The notes under the pieces were generated by a model. It had not been told where the DNA came from. It worked only from the letters and a program-made list of their open reading frames with translations, and did no database searches. Position numbers and translations under genes: made by a program. This document shows, piece by piece, positions 17,257-27,150 of a DNA stretch of 64,000 nucleotides (the first letter of the stretch is position 1; the number at the start of each line of letters is the position of its first letter). The DNA comes from Thermoanaerobaculia bacterium (GTDB lineage: Bacteria; Acidobacteriota; Thermoanaerobaculia; UBA5066). The stretch is from positions 1 to 64,000 of the forward strand of contig JBBRRY010000010.1 in NCBI GenBank assembly GCA_038245905.1, in the 5' to 3' direction.

Positions 17257-18660
17257 ATGGAGCGCCGGGAACTCTCCGCTGCCGAGCTCGCCCGGTTCGC
17301 CGCGATCGTGGGGGAGCGGAATCTCCTCGTCGCGAAGGACGATCTCGAGCCCTATTCACACGACTGGACGGAGGACTTCGTCCACTATCCGGCGGCCGCG
17401 GTGAAACCGAAAACGACGCTCGAGGTCTCCCGACTTCTGGCTTTGTGCAACGAGCTCCGGATCCCCGTGACGCCGCAGGGCGGTCGCACGTGCCTGACGG
17501 GTGGGGCTCTTCCCCTCGCGGGCGGCCTCGCGCTGTCCCTCGAGCGCATGAACACCATCCTCGAGATCGACACGGACAATTTCGTCGCGGTCGTCGAGTC
17601 GGGCGTCATCACGCAGACGCTGCACGAAGCGGTCGAGGCGAAGGGTCTCTACTACCCGCCCGATCCCGCATCCCGCGGCTCCTGCATGATCGGCGGCAAC
17701 ATCGCCGAGAACGCGGGCGGACCGCACGCGGCGAAGTACGGCGTCACGGGCCGGTGGGTCATGGGCCTCGAGGTCGTGTTCGCGGACGGAGGCGTCGCGG
17801 TGACCGGCGGCAAGACGCGCAAGGACGTCGCCGGCTACGACCTCACGTCGCTCATCGTCGGAAGCGAGGGAACGCTCGGTGTCGTCACGAAGGCGTGGCT
17901 GCGCCTCATTCCGAAGCCGCCTCACTGGGCGACGCTCGTCGCGCCGTTTCCGACCCTCGAGGACGCCGCCCGCTGCGTCGTCGAGCTGCACCGGCGCGGC
18001 CTCGTGCTGTCGGCCTGCGAGTTCGTCGACAAGCCGTCCATCGAGCTCTCCTCGAAGAAGAAGGGCATCGGCGTGCCGTTTCCCGAGGCGGAGGCGCGTC
18101 TCCTCCTGGAATTCGACGGCCCCTCCGAAGAGGAAGTCGAGCGCGACGTGACTCTCGCGGGTGAGATCGCACTCGAGTGCGCCGCGCTGGACGTCGTCCT
18201 CGCGACGGACGAGGCGAAGCGGCGCGCGCTCTGGGACGTGCGCCGGGGAATCGCGGAGGCGGTCCACGAGATGAGCGTCTCGGCCGAGCTCGACCTCGCG
18301 GTGCCGCGCACAGAGCTCGTGCCTCTCGTCACGGCGATCCGCCGCATCTCGGGCGCCGCGGGCCTCAAGTCTGTCGCCTTCGGGCACGCGGCCGACGGCA
18401 ACCTTCACGTCCACCTCTTTCGCGAAGGGAAGGACCCGATCGAGCCCGCCCTCTTCGAAAGGACGGCGACGGAGGTCTATGCCGAGACCGTCCGCCTCGG
18501 TGGCACGGTGACGGGGGAGCACGGCGTCGGGATCACATCCAGAGACGTGCTCCACCTCTACCGTCCGCCGGCGTTTCTCGCCGCTCTGCGCGCGATCAAG
18601 GCCGCCCTCGACCCGAACGGCATCCTGAATCCGGGCAAGGTCATCCCGACAGCGGGATGA
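17257..18660 (+). CDS. FAD-linked oxidase (GlcD/D-lactate dehydrogenase family)
   Basis: YYPPDPAS, IGGNIAENAGG, GSEGTLG, FGHAADGNLH, GEHGVG, LDPNGILNPGK. Confidence 0.93.
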   Translation: MERRELSAAELARFAAIVGERNLLVAKDDLEPYSHDWTEDFVHYPAAAVKPKTTLEVSRLLALCNELRIPVTPQGGRTCLTGGALPLAGGLALSLERMNTILEIDTDNFVAVVESGVITQTLHEAVEAKGLYYPPDPASRGSCMIGGNIAENAGGPHAAKYGVTGRWVMGLEVVFADGGVAVTGGKTRKDVAGYDLTSLIVGSEGTLGVVTKAWLRLIPKPPHWATLVAPFPTLEDAARCVVELHRRGLVLSACEFVDKPSIELSSKKKGIGVPFPEAEARLLLEFDGPSEEEVERDVTLAGEIALECAALDVVLATDEAKRRALWDVRRGIAEAVHEMSVSAELDLAVPRTELVPLVTAIRRISGAAGLKSVAFGHAADGNLHVHLFREGKDPIEPALFERTATEVYAETVRLGGTVTGEHGVGITSRDVLHLYRPPAFLAALRAIKAALDPNGILNPGKVIPTAG

Positions 18661-18664
18661 GCGC

Positions 18665-19903
18665 GTGAGCGCTGCGGCTCCGCTTGCCGCGCGGGCGCCC
18701 GACCCGCCGGGCCGATGGAGCGTCCTCGTTCTTCTCTCTCTGGCCGAGCTTTTCGGGATGTCCCTCTGGTTCTCGGCCTCGGCCGTCGCGCCGCTCCTGA
18801 AAGCCGAGTGGGGGCTCTCCGCCTCCGCGGCCACGTGGCTCACGCTCTCCGTGCAGCTCGGCTTCGTCGCGGGCACGCTCGCGAGCGCCGTCCTGAACCT
18901 TCCGGACGTGTACCCGCCGCGGCAGCTCGTGATCGGTGCGAGCCTTCTCGGCGCGGGCGCGAACGCGGTGCTCGCGCTCTTCGCACATGGGCCGGCGTCC
19001 GCGCTCGCCCTGCGCTTCCTGACGGGCTTCGCTCTCGCGGGCGTCTATCCCCCGGGCATGAAGATTCTCGCGACGTGGTTCCGTGCCCGGCGCGGTCTCG
19101 CGCTCGGCGCTCTCGTCGGTGCCCTGACGCTCGGCAAAGGCTTCCCGTACCTCGTAAACGCCGTCTTCGGCTCCGCGTGGCGGACGAGCCTCCTCGCGGT
19201 CTCGGGCCTCGCGGTCGTCGGCGCTGTCCTCGTCGCGCTCTTCGTCCGGGAAGGCCCGTTCGCGCTCCCGGCCGCGCGCTTCGACCTGTCGCAGGTCACG
19301 AAGGTCTTCCGGAACCGCGGCGTGCGCCTCGCGACGTTCGGGTACTTCGGACACATGTGGGAGCTCTACGCGATGTGGACCTGGATCCCCGTCATGCTCC
19401 GGTCGAGCCTCGCGCTCCGAGGCGTCGCGCCCGGAGCCGCGGAAGCGGCCTCGTTCCTCGTGATCGGTTGCGGGGCCGCGGGCTGCGTCGTCGCGGGCCT
19501 GGCGGCGGACCGCGTGGGCCGCACGCTCGTGACGTCGGTCGCGATGGCTTTGAGCGGCGCGTGCTGCGTCGCGATCGGGTTCTGTTACGGCGGGCCGCCG
19601 GGTCTCGTTCTCGCGGTCGCGGCCGTCTGGGGCGCGACGGTCGTCGCGGACTCGGCGCAGTTCTCGGCGGCCGTCACGGAGCTCGGCGATCCTGTCTACA
19701 TGGGGACGGCGCTCACGCTCCAGACGTCCCTCGGCTTCCTCCTGACGGCGCTCTCGATCGACCTCGTCCCGGCGGTCCTCCCGGCTCTCTCCTGGCGGTG
19801 GGTCTTCGTCGTCCTCGCGCCCGGGCCCTTCCTCGGCGTGCTCGCGATGCTGCGCCTCCGGGCGCTGCCCGAAGCCGCGAAGATCGCGCAGGGCCGGCGC
19901 TGA
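18665..19903 (+). CDS. MFS transporter
   Basis: About 12 hydrophobic segments, LAGVYPPGMK, GHMWELYAMW, ADRVGR. Confidence 0.92.
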   Translation: MSAAAPLAARAPDPPGRWSVLVLLSLAELFGMSLWFSASAVAPLLKAEWGLSASAATWLTLSVQLGFVAGTLASAVLNLPDVYPPRQLVIGASLLGAGANAVLALFAHGPASALALRFLTGFALAGVYPPGMKILATWFRARRGLALGALVGALTLGKGFPYLVNAVFGSAWRTSLLAVSGLAVVGAVLVALFVREGPFALPAARFDLSQVTKVFRNRGVRLATFGYFGHMWELYAMWTWIPVMLRSSLALRGVAPGAAEAASFLVIGCGAAGCVVAGLAADRVGRTLVTSVAMALSGACCVAIGFCYGGPPGLVLAVAAVWGATVVADSAQFSAAVTELGDPVYMGTALTLQTSLGFLLTALSIDLVPAVLPALSWRWVFVVLAPGPFLGVLAMLRLRALPEAAKIAQGRR

Positions 19904-19941
19904 GCGCGGGCCCCGGGCGCCGCCTCCGCTACACTCGGGCC

Positions 19942-21402
19942 ATGCCCGTGTCCGATTTCGAGCCCGTGATCGGGCTCGAGGTGCACTGCCAGCTCCGGAC
20001 GAAGAGCAAGGCGTTCTGCGCGTGTCCCGTCGTGTTCGGCGCGCCGCCGAACAGCGCGGTGTGCCCCGTCTGCCTCGGGTATCCGGGCGCCCTCCCGGCC
20101 CTGAACCGGGAGATGGTCTCTCTCGCGATGCGCGTCGCGCTCGCGACGGGCTGCACGATCGAGAATGCGTCGGTTTTCGCGCGAAAGAACTACTTCTACC
20201 CGGATCTGCCGAAGGGCTACCAGATCTCGCAGTACGACCGGCCGCTCGCGACGCGAGGTGCCGTGGCCGTTACGGACGCCTCGGGCACGAAGAACGTGCG
20301 GCTGAACCGCATCCATCTCGAGGAGGACGCGGGCAAGTCGATGCACGAGTTTCCGTGGGAGGACGTGCCCACGGGCTCCTCGCTCGTGGACCTGAATCGC
20401 TCCGGCACGCCTCTCGTCGAGATCGTGACCGAACCCGACCTCTCGTCGGCGGACGAGGCGTACGCGTATCTCGTGCTCCTGCGGCGCCTGGTCCGCTGGG
20501 TGGACGCCTCGGACGGCAACATGGAGGAGGGCTCGCTCCGCTGCGACGCGAACGTGTCTGTCCGGCCAAAGGGCACGGCGGCGCTCGGCACACGGGTCGA
20601 GATCAAGAATCTCAACTCCTTCCTGCACGTGAAGAAGGCCATCGAGCATGAGATCGAGAGGCAGGTGGCGTCGCTCGAAGCGGGGACGCCGCTCCGTCAG
20701 GAAACGCGTCTCTTCGAGCCCGCGACCGGCTCGACGAAGACGATGCGAAGCAAGGAAGAGGCGATGGACTATCGCTACTTCCCGGACCCCGATCTCGGCA
20801 CGCTCGTCGTGGACGCCGCGTGGATCAAGGACGTCGCCGCGACGATGCCCGAGCTCCCGGAGGCGCGCGTCTCGCGGTTCGGGGCCTCTTACGGCCTGCC
20901 GGTGGCCGACGCCGTGCTCTTGTGCCTGTCGCGCCCCCTCGCGGACTTCTACGAGGCTGCTGTCGCGGCGTATCCGAAGAATCCGAAGGCGCTCGCGAAC
21001 TGGCTTCTCTCGGAGCTCCTCGCGAGGATGTCCGACGCCGACCGCTACGCGGGGCGCATGCCCGTAGCGCCCGGAACGCTCGCGGCCCTCGTCCAGCGCA
21101 TCGACGACGGGACGATTTCGGGAAAGATCGCGAAGGAGCTGCTGGGAGATCTCATTGCGACCGGCCTGCCGGTCGACGATCTCGTGAAGGAGAAGGGGCT
21201 CGTCCAGATCAGCGACGAGGGCCCGATTCGGGACGCGGTCGCGCGCGTCGTCGGAGACCATCCGGGTCAGGTCGCCACGTACCGCGCGGGCAAGGCGGCG
21301 ACGTTCGGATGGTTCGTCGGGCAAGTGATGAAGGCGCTTCAGGGAAAGGGCAACCCGGGCGTCGTGAACCGGCTCCTCCGGGACGCCCTCGACAAGGACT
21401 GA
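19942..21402 (+). CDS. gatB: Asp/Glu-tRNA amidotransferase subunit B
   Basis: VIGLEVHCQL, RKNYFYPDLPKGYQISQ, HLEEDAGK, YRYFPDPDL. TACACT lies 6 nt upstream. Confidence 0.97.
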   Translation: MPVSDFEPVIGLEVHCQLRTKSKAFCACPVVFGAPPNSAVCPVCLGYPGALPALNREMVSLAMRVALATGCTIENASVFARKNYFYPDLPKGYQISQYDRPLATRGAVAVTDASGTKNVRLNRIHLEEDAGKSMHEFPWEDVPTGSSLVDLNRSGTPLVEIVTEPDLSSADEAYAYLVLLRRLVRWVDASDGNMEEGSLRCDANVSVRPKGTAALGTRVEIKNLNSFLHVKKAIEHEIERQVASLEAGTPLRQETRLFEPATGSTKTMRSKEEAMDYRYFPDPDLGTLVVDAAWIKDVAATMPELPEARVSRFGASYGLPVADAVLLCLSRPLADFYEAAVAAYPKNPKALANWLLSELLARMSDADRYAGRMPVAPGTLAALVQRIDDGTISGKIAKELLGDLIATGLPVDDLVKEKGLVQISDEGPIRDAVARVVGDHPGQVATYRAGKAATFGWFVGQVMKALQGKGNPGVVNRLLRDALDKD

Positions 21403-21405
21403 ACC

Positions 21406-22116
21406 CTGATCGAGTTCTATCGCGTCGCCAAGGAATACCAGGGCCGAAGAGTCCTGCGCGACGTGACGTTCAAGGCGAAGAAGGGCGAGTTCCTCTTCCT
21501 GACGGGGCCGTCCGGCGCGGGAAAGTCGACGCTCCTCCGGCTCATCTTCCACGCCGAAAAGCCGTCGGAGGGCCAGATCATCGTGAACGGAATGAACGTG
21601 AGCGGCATGCCGGCCTCGCGCGTTCCGACCCTTCGCCGCTCGATGGGGATCGTCTTTCAGGACTACAAGCTCCTGCCCCGGCGAACGGTGCTCGAGAACG
21701 TCACGTACGTGCAGAAGTTCCTCGGCGTGCCCGCGGCCGAACGCCGCCGAAAGGCCTATCAGACGCTGCGCCTCGTCGAGCTCCACCACCGTATGTCCGC
21801 GCTTCCCGAGGAGCTTTCCGGCGGCGAACAGCAGCGCGTCGCGCTCGCTCGCGCTCTCGTGAACGATCCCGTGCTCCTCATCGCGGACGAACCCACGGGC
21901 AATCTCGATCACCGCCTCGCGGGCGAGGTCATGAAGCTGCTGCAAGACGTGAGCGTGCGTGGCGCGACCGTGCTCGTCGCGACGCACGACCTCGACCTCA
22001 TTCGGGCCGCCGGGCGCCGCTGCGTGACGCTCGATCGCGGGCACGTCGTGGAAGGTCTCGTCGAGGCCGCCCTTCCGCCCCAGGCCGCCACGAAGCGGGG
22101 CGAGGAGGCGACGTGA
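21406..22116 (+). CDS. ftsE: Cell division ATP-binding protein FtsE
   Basis: [34 protein letters not shown]. Homology (LIEFYRVAK) extends upstream to CTG 21406. Confidence 0.93.
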   Translation: MIEFYRVAKEYQGRRVLRDVTFKAKKGEFLFLTGPSGAGKSTLLRLIFHAEKPSEGQIIVNGMNVSGMPASRVPTLRRSMGIVFQDYKLLPRRTVLENVTYVQKFLGVPAAERRRKAYQTLRLVELHHRMSALPEELSGGEQQRVALARALVNDPVLLIADEPTGNLDHRLAGEVMKLLQDVSVRGATVLVATHDLDLIRAAGRRCVTLDRGHVVEGLVEAALPPQAATKRGEEAT

Positions 22117-23018
22117 ATCGCCCGGCGGCGCTTGCCGCGCTCGTCTCGGAGGCGTTCGAAGGGCTTCTCCGCGCGAGGCGCATGACGAGCCTCTCCGTAG
22201 CCCTCATCGCGATTTCGATCGGGCTCGTGGGCGCGTTCTTCCTCGTGGCCGAGAACCTGAAGAGCGTCGTCGAGACGGTGCGCGACGAATCCACCGTGAC
22301 GGTGTTCCTCAAGTCCTCGGCGACGGAGGCCGACCGCGCCGATCTCGAGCGCCTCGTCCGCGCCACCCGCCTCGTCACGAAGTCCCGGCACGTCTCGCCG
22401 GACGACGCGCGCGCGCGCTTCTCGACGTGGTGGAAGTCCCTCGGGCCGGCGGCCCGGTCTCTCCCGGGAAACCCTTTCCCGGCCTCGATCGAGATGGAAC
22501 TCGACCCCGCGGCGGTGTCGTCCGAGGCGCTTCCGCCCTTCCTCGGGCTCCTCGCCGCGCACCGCGCGACCGAAGAGGTGCAGTTCGATGTCGAATGGAT
22601 CCGGCGCCTGCGCGGCGCCGTCGCGCTCGCGCGGCTGACGGGCCTCGTCCTCGCCGTCCTCCTCACGCTCGGGGCGGCCTTCACGATCGCGAACGTCGTC
22701 CGGCTCACGATTCTCCTCCACCGGGACGAGATCGAGATCCTACGGCTCGTCGGCGCGCCCGAGCTCCTCATCCGCGGGCCGTTCCTTCTCGGCGGACTCG
22801 TGCAGGGATTTCTCGGCGCCCTCGTCGCGCTTGGGCTGCTGTGGATCGTCACGCGCGCGGTTCTCGCGTGGATCGCCGCGACGAAGAACGCGCTCCTCGG
22901 CGTCTTCGCGGTGCGCTTCCTGCCCCTGTCCTCGTGCCTGATGCTCGTCGGGTTTGGCGTCGCGGCCGGGCTCTTCGGTGGCCTCCTCGCCGTGCGGCGC
23001 CGGAACCTGGTCGGGTAG
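22113..23018 (+). CDS. ftsX: Cell division permease FtsX
   Basis: Coupled to ftsE; TM, periplasmic loop with NPFPAS, IANVVRLTI..RDEIEILRLVGA, three C-terminal TMs. Confidence 0.9.
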   Translation: MNRPAALAALVSEAFEGLLRARRMTSLSVALIAISIGLVGAFFLVAENLKSVVETVRDESTVTVFLKSSATEADRADLERLVRATRLVTKSRHVSPDDARARFSTWWKSLGPAARSLPGNPFPASIEMELDPAAVSSEALPPFLGLLAAHRATEEVQFDVEWIRRLRGAVALARLTGLVLAVLLTLGAAFTIANVVRLTILLHRDEIEILRLVGAPELLIRGPFLLGGLVQGFLGALVALGLLWIVTRAVLAWIAATKNALLGVFAVRFLPLSSCLMLVGFGVAAGLFGGLLAVRRRNLVG

Positions 23019-23035
23019 CGCGTAAGATTCTGTCG

Positions 23036-23424
23036 ATGAGCGCGGGACGTGGGGTGGGGCCGGACTCCGTGGAGCAGGCACTCCGGATCAGCGTGGCGCT
23101 CGACGTGCGTTTTCACGATCTGAAGGGAGGCGCCGTGGTCACGAGCAAGGACGGGGCCTTTCGCGAGCTCTTTCGAATCCTCGAGGGGAGCGGGCTCGAG
23201 TACGCGCTGATCGGCGGCGTCGCGGTACAGCTGTGGCGCAGCGAGCCCCGGACGACTCTCGATATCGACGTCGCCGTGAAGGGCTATGAGAGCGTCCCAC
23301 GAGCCGCGCTCAATCCAAACGGTTTCAGGATCTGACGGACGCCAAGTCACTTGCCGAGGAGCACCCGGAGGTCGAGAGCCAGCTCACGCCCGCCGAGACA
23401 GCCCTCCTCAAACGAACGCTCTAG
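23036..23424 (+). pseudogene. Nucleotidyltransferase (AbiEii/MNT-like) remnant with internal deletion and frameshift
   Basis: The N-terminal frame has YALIGGVAV...PRTTLDIDVAV and stops at 23335. A second frame from ~23310 reads SKRFQDLTDAKSLAEEHPE...TAG(23424), like the C-terminus of this family. Confidence 0.7.
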
Positions 23425-23437
23425 CGTACGCGGTTCC

Positions 23438-24604
23438 TTACGCCTCGCGGTGGCCGGCGAGCAACGCCTCGGGCTCTTCCGGAGGCATCGGATCGGGTGT
23501 TCGTTCCCCGAGGAGCGCGGCCCACGGGGCGAAGCGCTCGAAGCGTTCGGTGACGACCTTGATCGTCGCGGTGAGCGGGACCGCGAGGATCGCCCCCGGG
23601 ACGCCCCACAGGATTCCCCAGAAGAGGAACGCGAAGAGGACGGCGAGGGGGTGGAGACGCACGCGGCTGCCGACGATGAACGGTGTCAGGACGTTTCCTT
23701 CCAGGAACTGCACCACCGAATAGAAAATGAGAACCTTCACGGGCAGCGTCGCGTCGTTCGAGGCAAGGAGCGAGAGGACGAATGCGGGCGTCGTCGAGAA
23801 GATGACACCGACGTAGGGCACGAGCACGCATACGCCCGCGAGCGGGCCGAGGACGTACCCATAGGGCACTCTGAGGACGAGGAGGCCGGCGGTCGTGATG
23901 CACGCCGTGATGAGGACGACGAAGAGCTCGCCGAGGACGTATCCCGAGAGTACGCGCGCGACCCCGACGGCAAAGTCCTGGGCGGCGCGGCCGCCCTTGA
24001 TGCGCAGGATCTTCGTGACGGCTCCGCCGTACTTCTCGCGGTCCTTGAGCATGAAGAAGGAAAGCATCGGGACCGCGGCCGTGTAGAGAAGGAGCGAGAC
24101 CAGCGTCCGGACCTGGACGGCAACCTTCGAGAGAGAGTCGAATGCGTCCGACTCGAGCCGCACGGAGCGCGTCGAGCGATCGGCCTCGGGCAGGAGGAGA
24201 CGCGTGCGCTCCTCGATCTGCGCGAACACGCCCTGCGCCTTCGCCGTGAAGATCCGGATGCGCGTTTCGTACATCGGGAGGTCCCGCGTGAAGGCCTCGA
24301 CTTGAGACATCGCGTTGACGACGAAGAACACGACGAGGGCCGAGAGAAACAGGATGACGGAGAGCACGGCCAACGAGCGCGGGAAGCGCAGCCGCTCGAG
24401 GAGCGTCACGAACGGCTGGAGCGCGAAAGACAGGAAAAGGGCGAAGAAGAACATGACGAACAGGACCTTTCCTGCCCAGAGAAGACCGACGACGGCGGCG
24501 GTCGCGAGCACGACGAGGGCGCGCGAGCGGAACACACCGCCCCCGGAGGGATTCGAGCCCGTCGAGAACGTTCCGGTGGAGAAGAGTCCTGAGTTTGAAT
24601 CCAC
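23438..24604 (-). CDS. AI-2E family transporter
   Basis: ALQPFV..LER, LVPYVG, QFLEGNVLTP.IVG..V.LHP, GAILAVPL. Confidence 0.93.
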   Translation of the reverse strand: MDSNSGLFSTGTFSTGSNPSGGGVFRSRALVVLATAAVVGLLWAGKVLFVMFFFALFLSFALQPFVTLLERLRFPRSLAVLSVILFLSALVVFFVVNAMSQVEAFTRDLPMYETRIRIFTAKAQGVFAQIEERTRLLLPEADRSTRSVRLESDAFDSLSKVAVQVRTLVSLLLYTAAVPMLSFFMLKDREKYGGAVTKILRIKGGRAAQDFAVGVARVLSGYVLGELFVVLITACITTAGLLVLRVPYGYVLGPLAGVCVLVPYVGVIFSTTPAFVLSLLASNDATLPVKVLIFYSVVQFLEGNVLTPFIVGSRVRLHPLAVLFAFLFWGILWGVPGAILAVPLTATIKVVTERFERFAPWAALLGERTPDPMPPEEPEALLAGHREA

Positions 24605-24646
24605 GGCGGCATCAGTCTAACGCCGCCGTGGGGGACTTTGGTGGGA

Positions 24647-26035
24647 TCAGGGGAACGTAACGGTCACGACGGCGCGGCGATTGCGCGTCGCGTCGGCCGA
24701 ATCGGCGTCTCCCTTGACCTCTGTCGCGATGCGCGAGCCGTCGATCCCGTGTCGTTTCATGAGGTAGTCGCGGGCCGCTTCGCCGCGAGCCTTCGCGAGA
24801 GCCGCGTGATCGCCGCCCTTTTCCCTGACGTCGGTCGACGCCGAAACCGTGCAGGTGGCGGCCAGGTTGTTCTTGAGGCGCAGGGCAACGCCGTCGAGGA
24901 TCGCCTTCGCGATGTTCGTGAGGCGGCTCTTGGCGGCGTCGTAAAGGATCTCGTCGGTGGTCGAGGTCGATGGGCGCGGGGCGGGAGCTGTCACGACGGC
25001 CGGCTCGGTGGCCATGGCGGGGGCCATGACTGGCGCGGGAGCGGGCGGGACGGGCTCGGTCGCGGGCGGCTCGGTCTCGCGGGGCATCGTGGCGCGCGGC
25101 CGTTCCTTGATCGCCGGCGGCGGAAGGTACGCGACCTGCACGAGGCCCCCGATGCTCGAGGGGCTGCTGCCGTATTTCGCCCAGCGGTCGATGTTCACGC
25201 GCACGGCGCCTGAGGCCGTGAACCCCGATTTGCCGAAGGCGAACCGGCCTCCAAGCGTGACCTCGGAAAAGTCCGGAGGCTGCGTGTCGCCGCCATCGTA
25301 GTGGATCCGGTTGATCTCGCCGATCGCCTTGAACACGTTCGGAATCACGGGCACCGCGATGGCGAGGGCCGACGTCCACGTGTTCGAGATGTCGTAGCCC
25401 GTGTCCCCCGTGGGGACGAACTGGGTGGGCGTGCCGAGCTTTCCGTTGAGCTGATAGGCCGTCTGGAAGGTGACCCATCCGATGTTGAACGAGAGGCCGA
25501 GATCGTAGTCCGCACGATAGGTGCCGAGCGCGTTGACGTCGTTCTTGGACTGCGTCGGAAACGCGACGCCGCCGAAGAGCACCACGAGCACGGGTTCCTG
25601 GGTGTTGAGGAGGATCTTCGTGCCGAGCCGGACTTTGTCCATCTCGGAGTGCGTGAAGCTGCCGGCGCGGTAATGGCCGTTCACGAGGCCCTGCCAGTTG
25701 TAGTCGGACGCGCTGTACCGGTTGGATCCTGTGGTCAGGGAGGCCTCCCAGCGGGGAAGGAAGCCATACCCGACGGACATCCCGATCCGTTGCAGGTCGT
25801 AACGGAGCGGTTCGTCTGGCAACGTGGCCGCGTAGGGGACAGACGGGGCCGTCCGGTTCCACAGTCCCCAGGACAGCCCGAGAGAAAACTGTCCCTGCGG
25901 CAGCATGTCGGCGTTCAACACCTGGAAGAGCCCGGTCTCGCCCGAGACCGAGGGAGCCACTTGCGCCGCGAGGGGAGGCGCGAGGACCAGGCACGCGATC
26001 GCGCCGAGGAGGAGTCGGGTCCGCATCCGTCGCAT
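24647..26035 (-). CDS. Outer-membrane protein: beta-barrel-like N-terminus, Pro-rich linker, OmpA-like C-terminal domain
   Basis: Signal peptide, amphipathic aromatic strands, ILYDAAKSRL...AKAILD...L..ARGEA..DYL...GIDGSRI...NRRA; AAGGAG SD. Confidence 0.85.
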   Translation of the reverse strand: MRRMRTRLLLGAIACLVLAPPLAAQVAPSVSGETGLFQVLNADMLPQGQFSLGLSWGLWNRTAPSVPYAATLPDEPLRYDLQRIGMSVGYGFLPRWEASLTTGSNRYSASDYNWQGLVNGHYRAGSFTHSEMDKVRLGTKILLNTQEPVLVVLFGGVAFPTQSKNDVNALGTYRADYDLGLSFNIGWVTFQTAYQLNGKLGTPTQFVPTGDTGYDISNTWTSALAIAVPVIPNVFKAIGEINRIHYDGGDTQPPDFSEVTLGGRFAFGKSGFTASGAVRVNIDRWAKYGSSPSSIGGLVQVAYLPPPAIKERPRATMPRETEPPATEPVPPAPAPVMAPAMATEPAVVTAPAPRPSTSTTDEILYDAAKSRLTNIAKAILDGVALRLKNNLAATCTVSASTDVREKGGDHAALAKARGEAARDYLMKRHGIDGSRIATEVKGDADSADATRNRRAVVTVTFP

Positions 26036-26134
26036 CGAATCTCCTTTGGTCCGCCCGGCCGCGAGGGGCTCATGCCGGCCTGTGCGGGAAAGTGCCTCGA
26101 GTGGTTGTCCAAAAAAGGCAGAAATCGCTGTCAG

Positions 26135-26163
26135 ATTCTAGCGCGTCTCGCGCCCGGAGGCAA
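26135..26163 (-). promoter_or_regulatory. Sigma-70-type promoter of the OmpA-family gene
   Basis: TTGCCT-N17-TAGAAT on the minus strand, about 100 nt upstream of the ATG. Confidence 0.6.
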
Positions 26164-26182
26164 ACGATGCCAAGGAGTTACG

Positions 26183-27100
26183 TCAGAGGAGGGGGTTCAT
26201 CTTCTCGCGGAACCCGCGCGCGGCCGCTGGGCCTCGAAGCCTCTCGATGGTCTCCTCGAGCGTTCGGATCAAGTCCCGGGCCACCTCGAGTCCGCGCCCG
26301 CGGTCGAGTTCCTGGAGCGCCGTCCTGTAGGGACGGTCGATCGTCGCCTCTCCCGGCGCGCCCGCCGCCGCTTCGGCTTCCTGCTTCACCTTCGTGCAAA
26401 GGATCTGAAGGCTGCGCTTCTCGTCGCCCTTCGAGAGGGCCTGGAAGGCTCCACTGTGAGTCGAGACGTTCGGGATCGACTGTCCGGTGAGCGGCGGCAT
26501 CGCGGACGGGGTGACCGGTGCCAGCGGTGCCTTCGGTTCCGGAGCCGTTCTCCCGGTCGCGCGTGGCCTGCCGATCTCGACGAGCTCGGCCGTCACGAGG
26601 CCGTAGAGCGTCTTCGCGACGTCGAACGCGGACGTCTTGAGGGCCCGCGCGATCTCCTCGATCGAGCGCTGGCCGTCGGCCTTCGTGACGACTCTCCATT
26701 CGACCGGTGTCAGCGTGACCGGTCCGTTCGTACCTTCGCGGGACACGAGCACGGGAACCGAGTCGGTTCCGGGAATCTTTCGAGAAAGGATCTTCCATTC
26801 GTCGCTCCGCCGGGCCGCCTCGAGGAGCAGACTCGTGTTCGAACGGCTGATCGTGCGGGCCTCGCTCTCGACGCCGGGCGAAAACTGGAATGTGCCCTGG
26901 TTCCACAGCGCGAGTGCGTAGATTGCGTCTTCGCCCTCGACCTCGCCGAGCTTCGCGTGGGTAATGTGCCCGTTCTGCAAATAGACGTGGCCCTTCTCGG
27001 AGGCACGCGTCATCGAGAACATGCCCGTCTTGCCGGAGACGGCCACGAGCTGGACGATATCGGAGAGCGGAAGCTCGTTGAGGGAACCTTGAAACGACAT
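26183..27100 (-). CDS. DUF4388 (PatA_N-like) domain protein with wHTH-like segment
   Basis: MSFQGSL.ELPLSDIVQL....KTG, W..GTFQF, LLLEAARRSDEW, DG.RSIEEIA. Confidence 0.85.
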   Translation of the reverse strand: MSFQGSLNELPLSDIVQLVAVSGKTGMFSMTRASEKGHVYLQNGHITHAKLGEVEGEDAIYALALWNQGTFQFSPGVESEARTISRSNTSLLLEAARRSDEWKILSRKIPGTDSVPVLVSREGTNGPVTLTPVEWRVVTKADGQRSIEEIARALKTSAFDVAKTLYGLVTAELVEIGRPRATGRTAPEPKAPLAPVTPSAMPPLTGQSIPNVSTHSGAFQALSKGDEKRSLQILCTKVKQEAEAAAGAPGEATIDRPYRTALQELDRGRGLEVARDLIRTLEETIERLRGPAAARGFREKMNPLL

Positions 27101-27150
27101 CAGCGCCCTTTCACGATAGCAGCCCGCGAGGGATCCGCTCAACCGGCTGC

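Noticed and set aside
19942-21402. gatB without gatA or gatC as an anomaly
   Set aside because: Split gatCAB loci are common, and absence from the genome cannot be judged from one window.
26160-26173. TGGCATCGTTTGC (minus strand) as a sigma-54 site upstream of the OmpA-like gene
   Set aside because: GG-to-GC spacing is 8 rather than 10. A sigma-70 promoter explains the region better.
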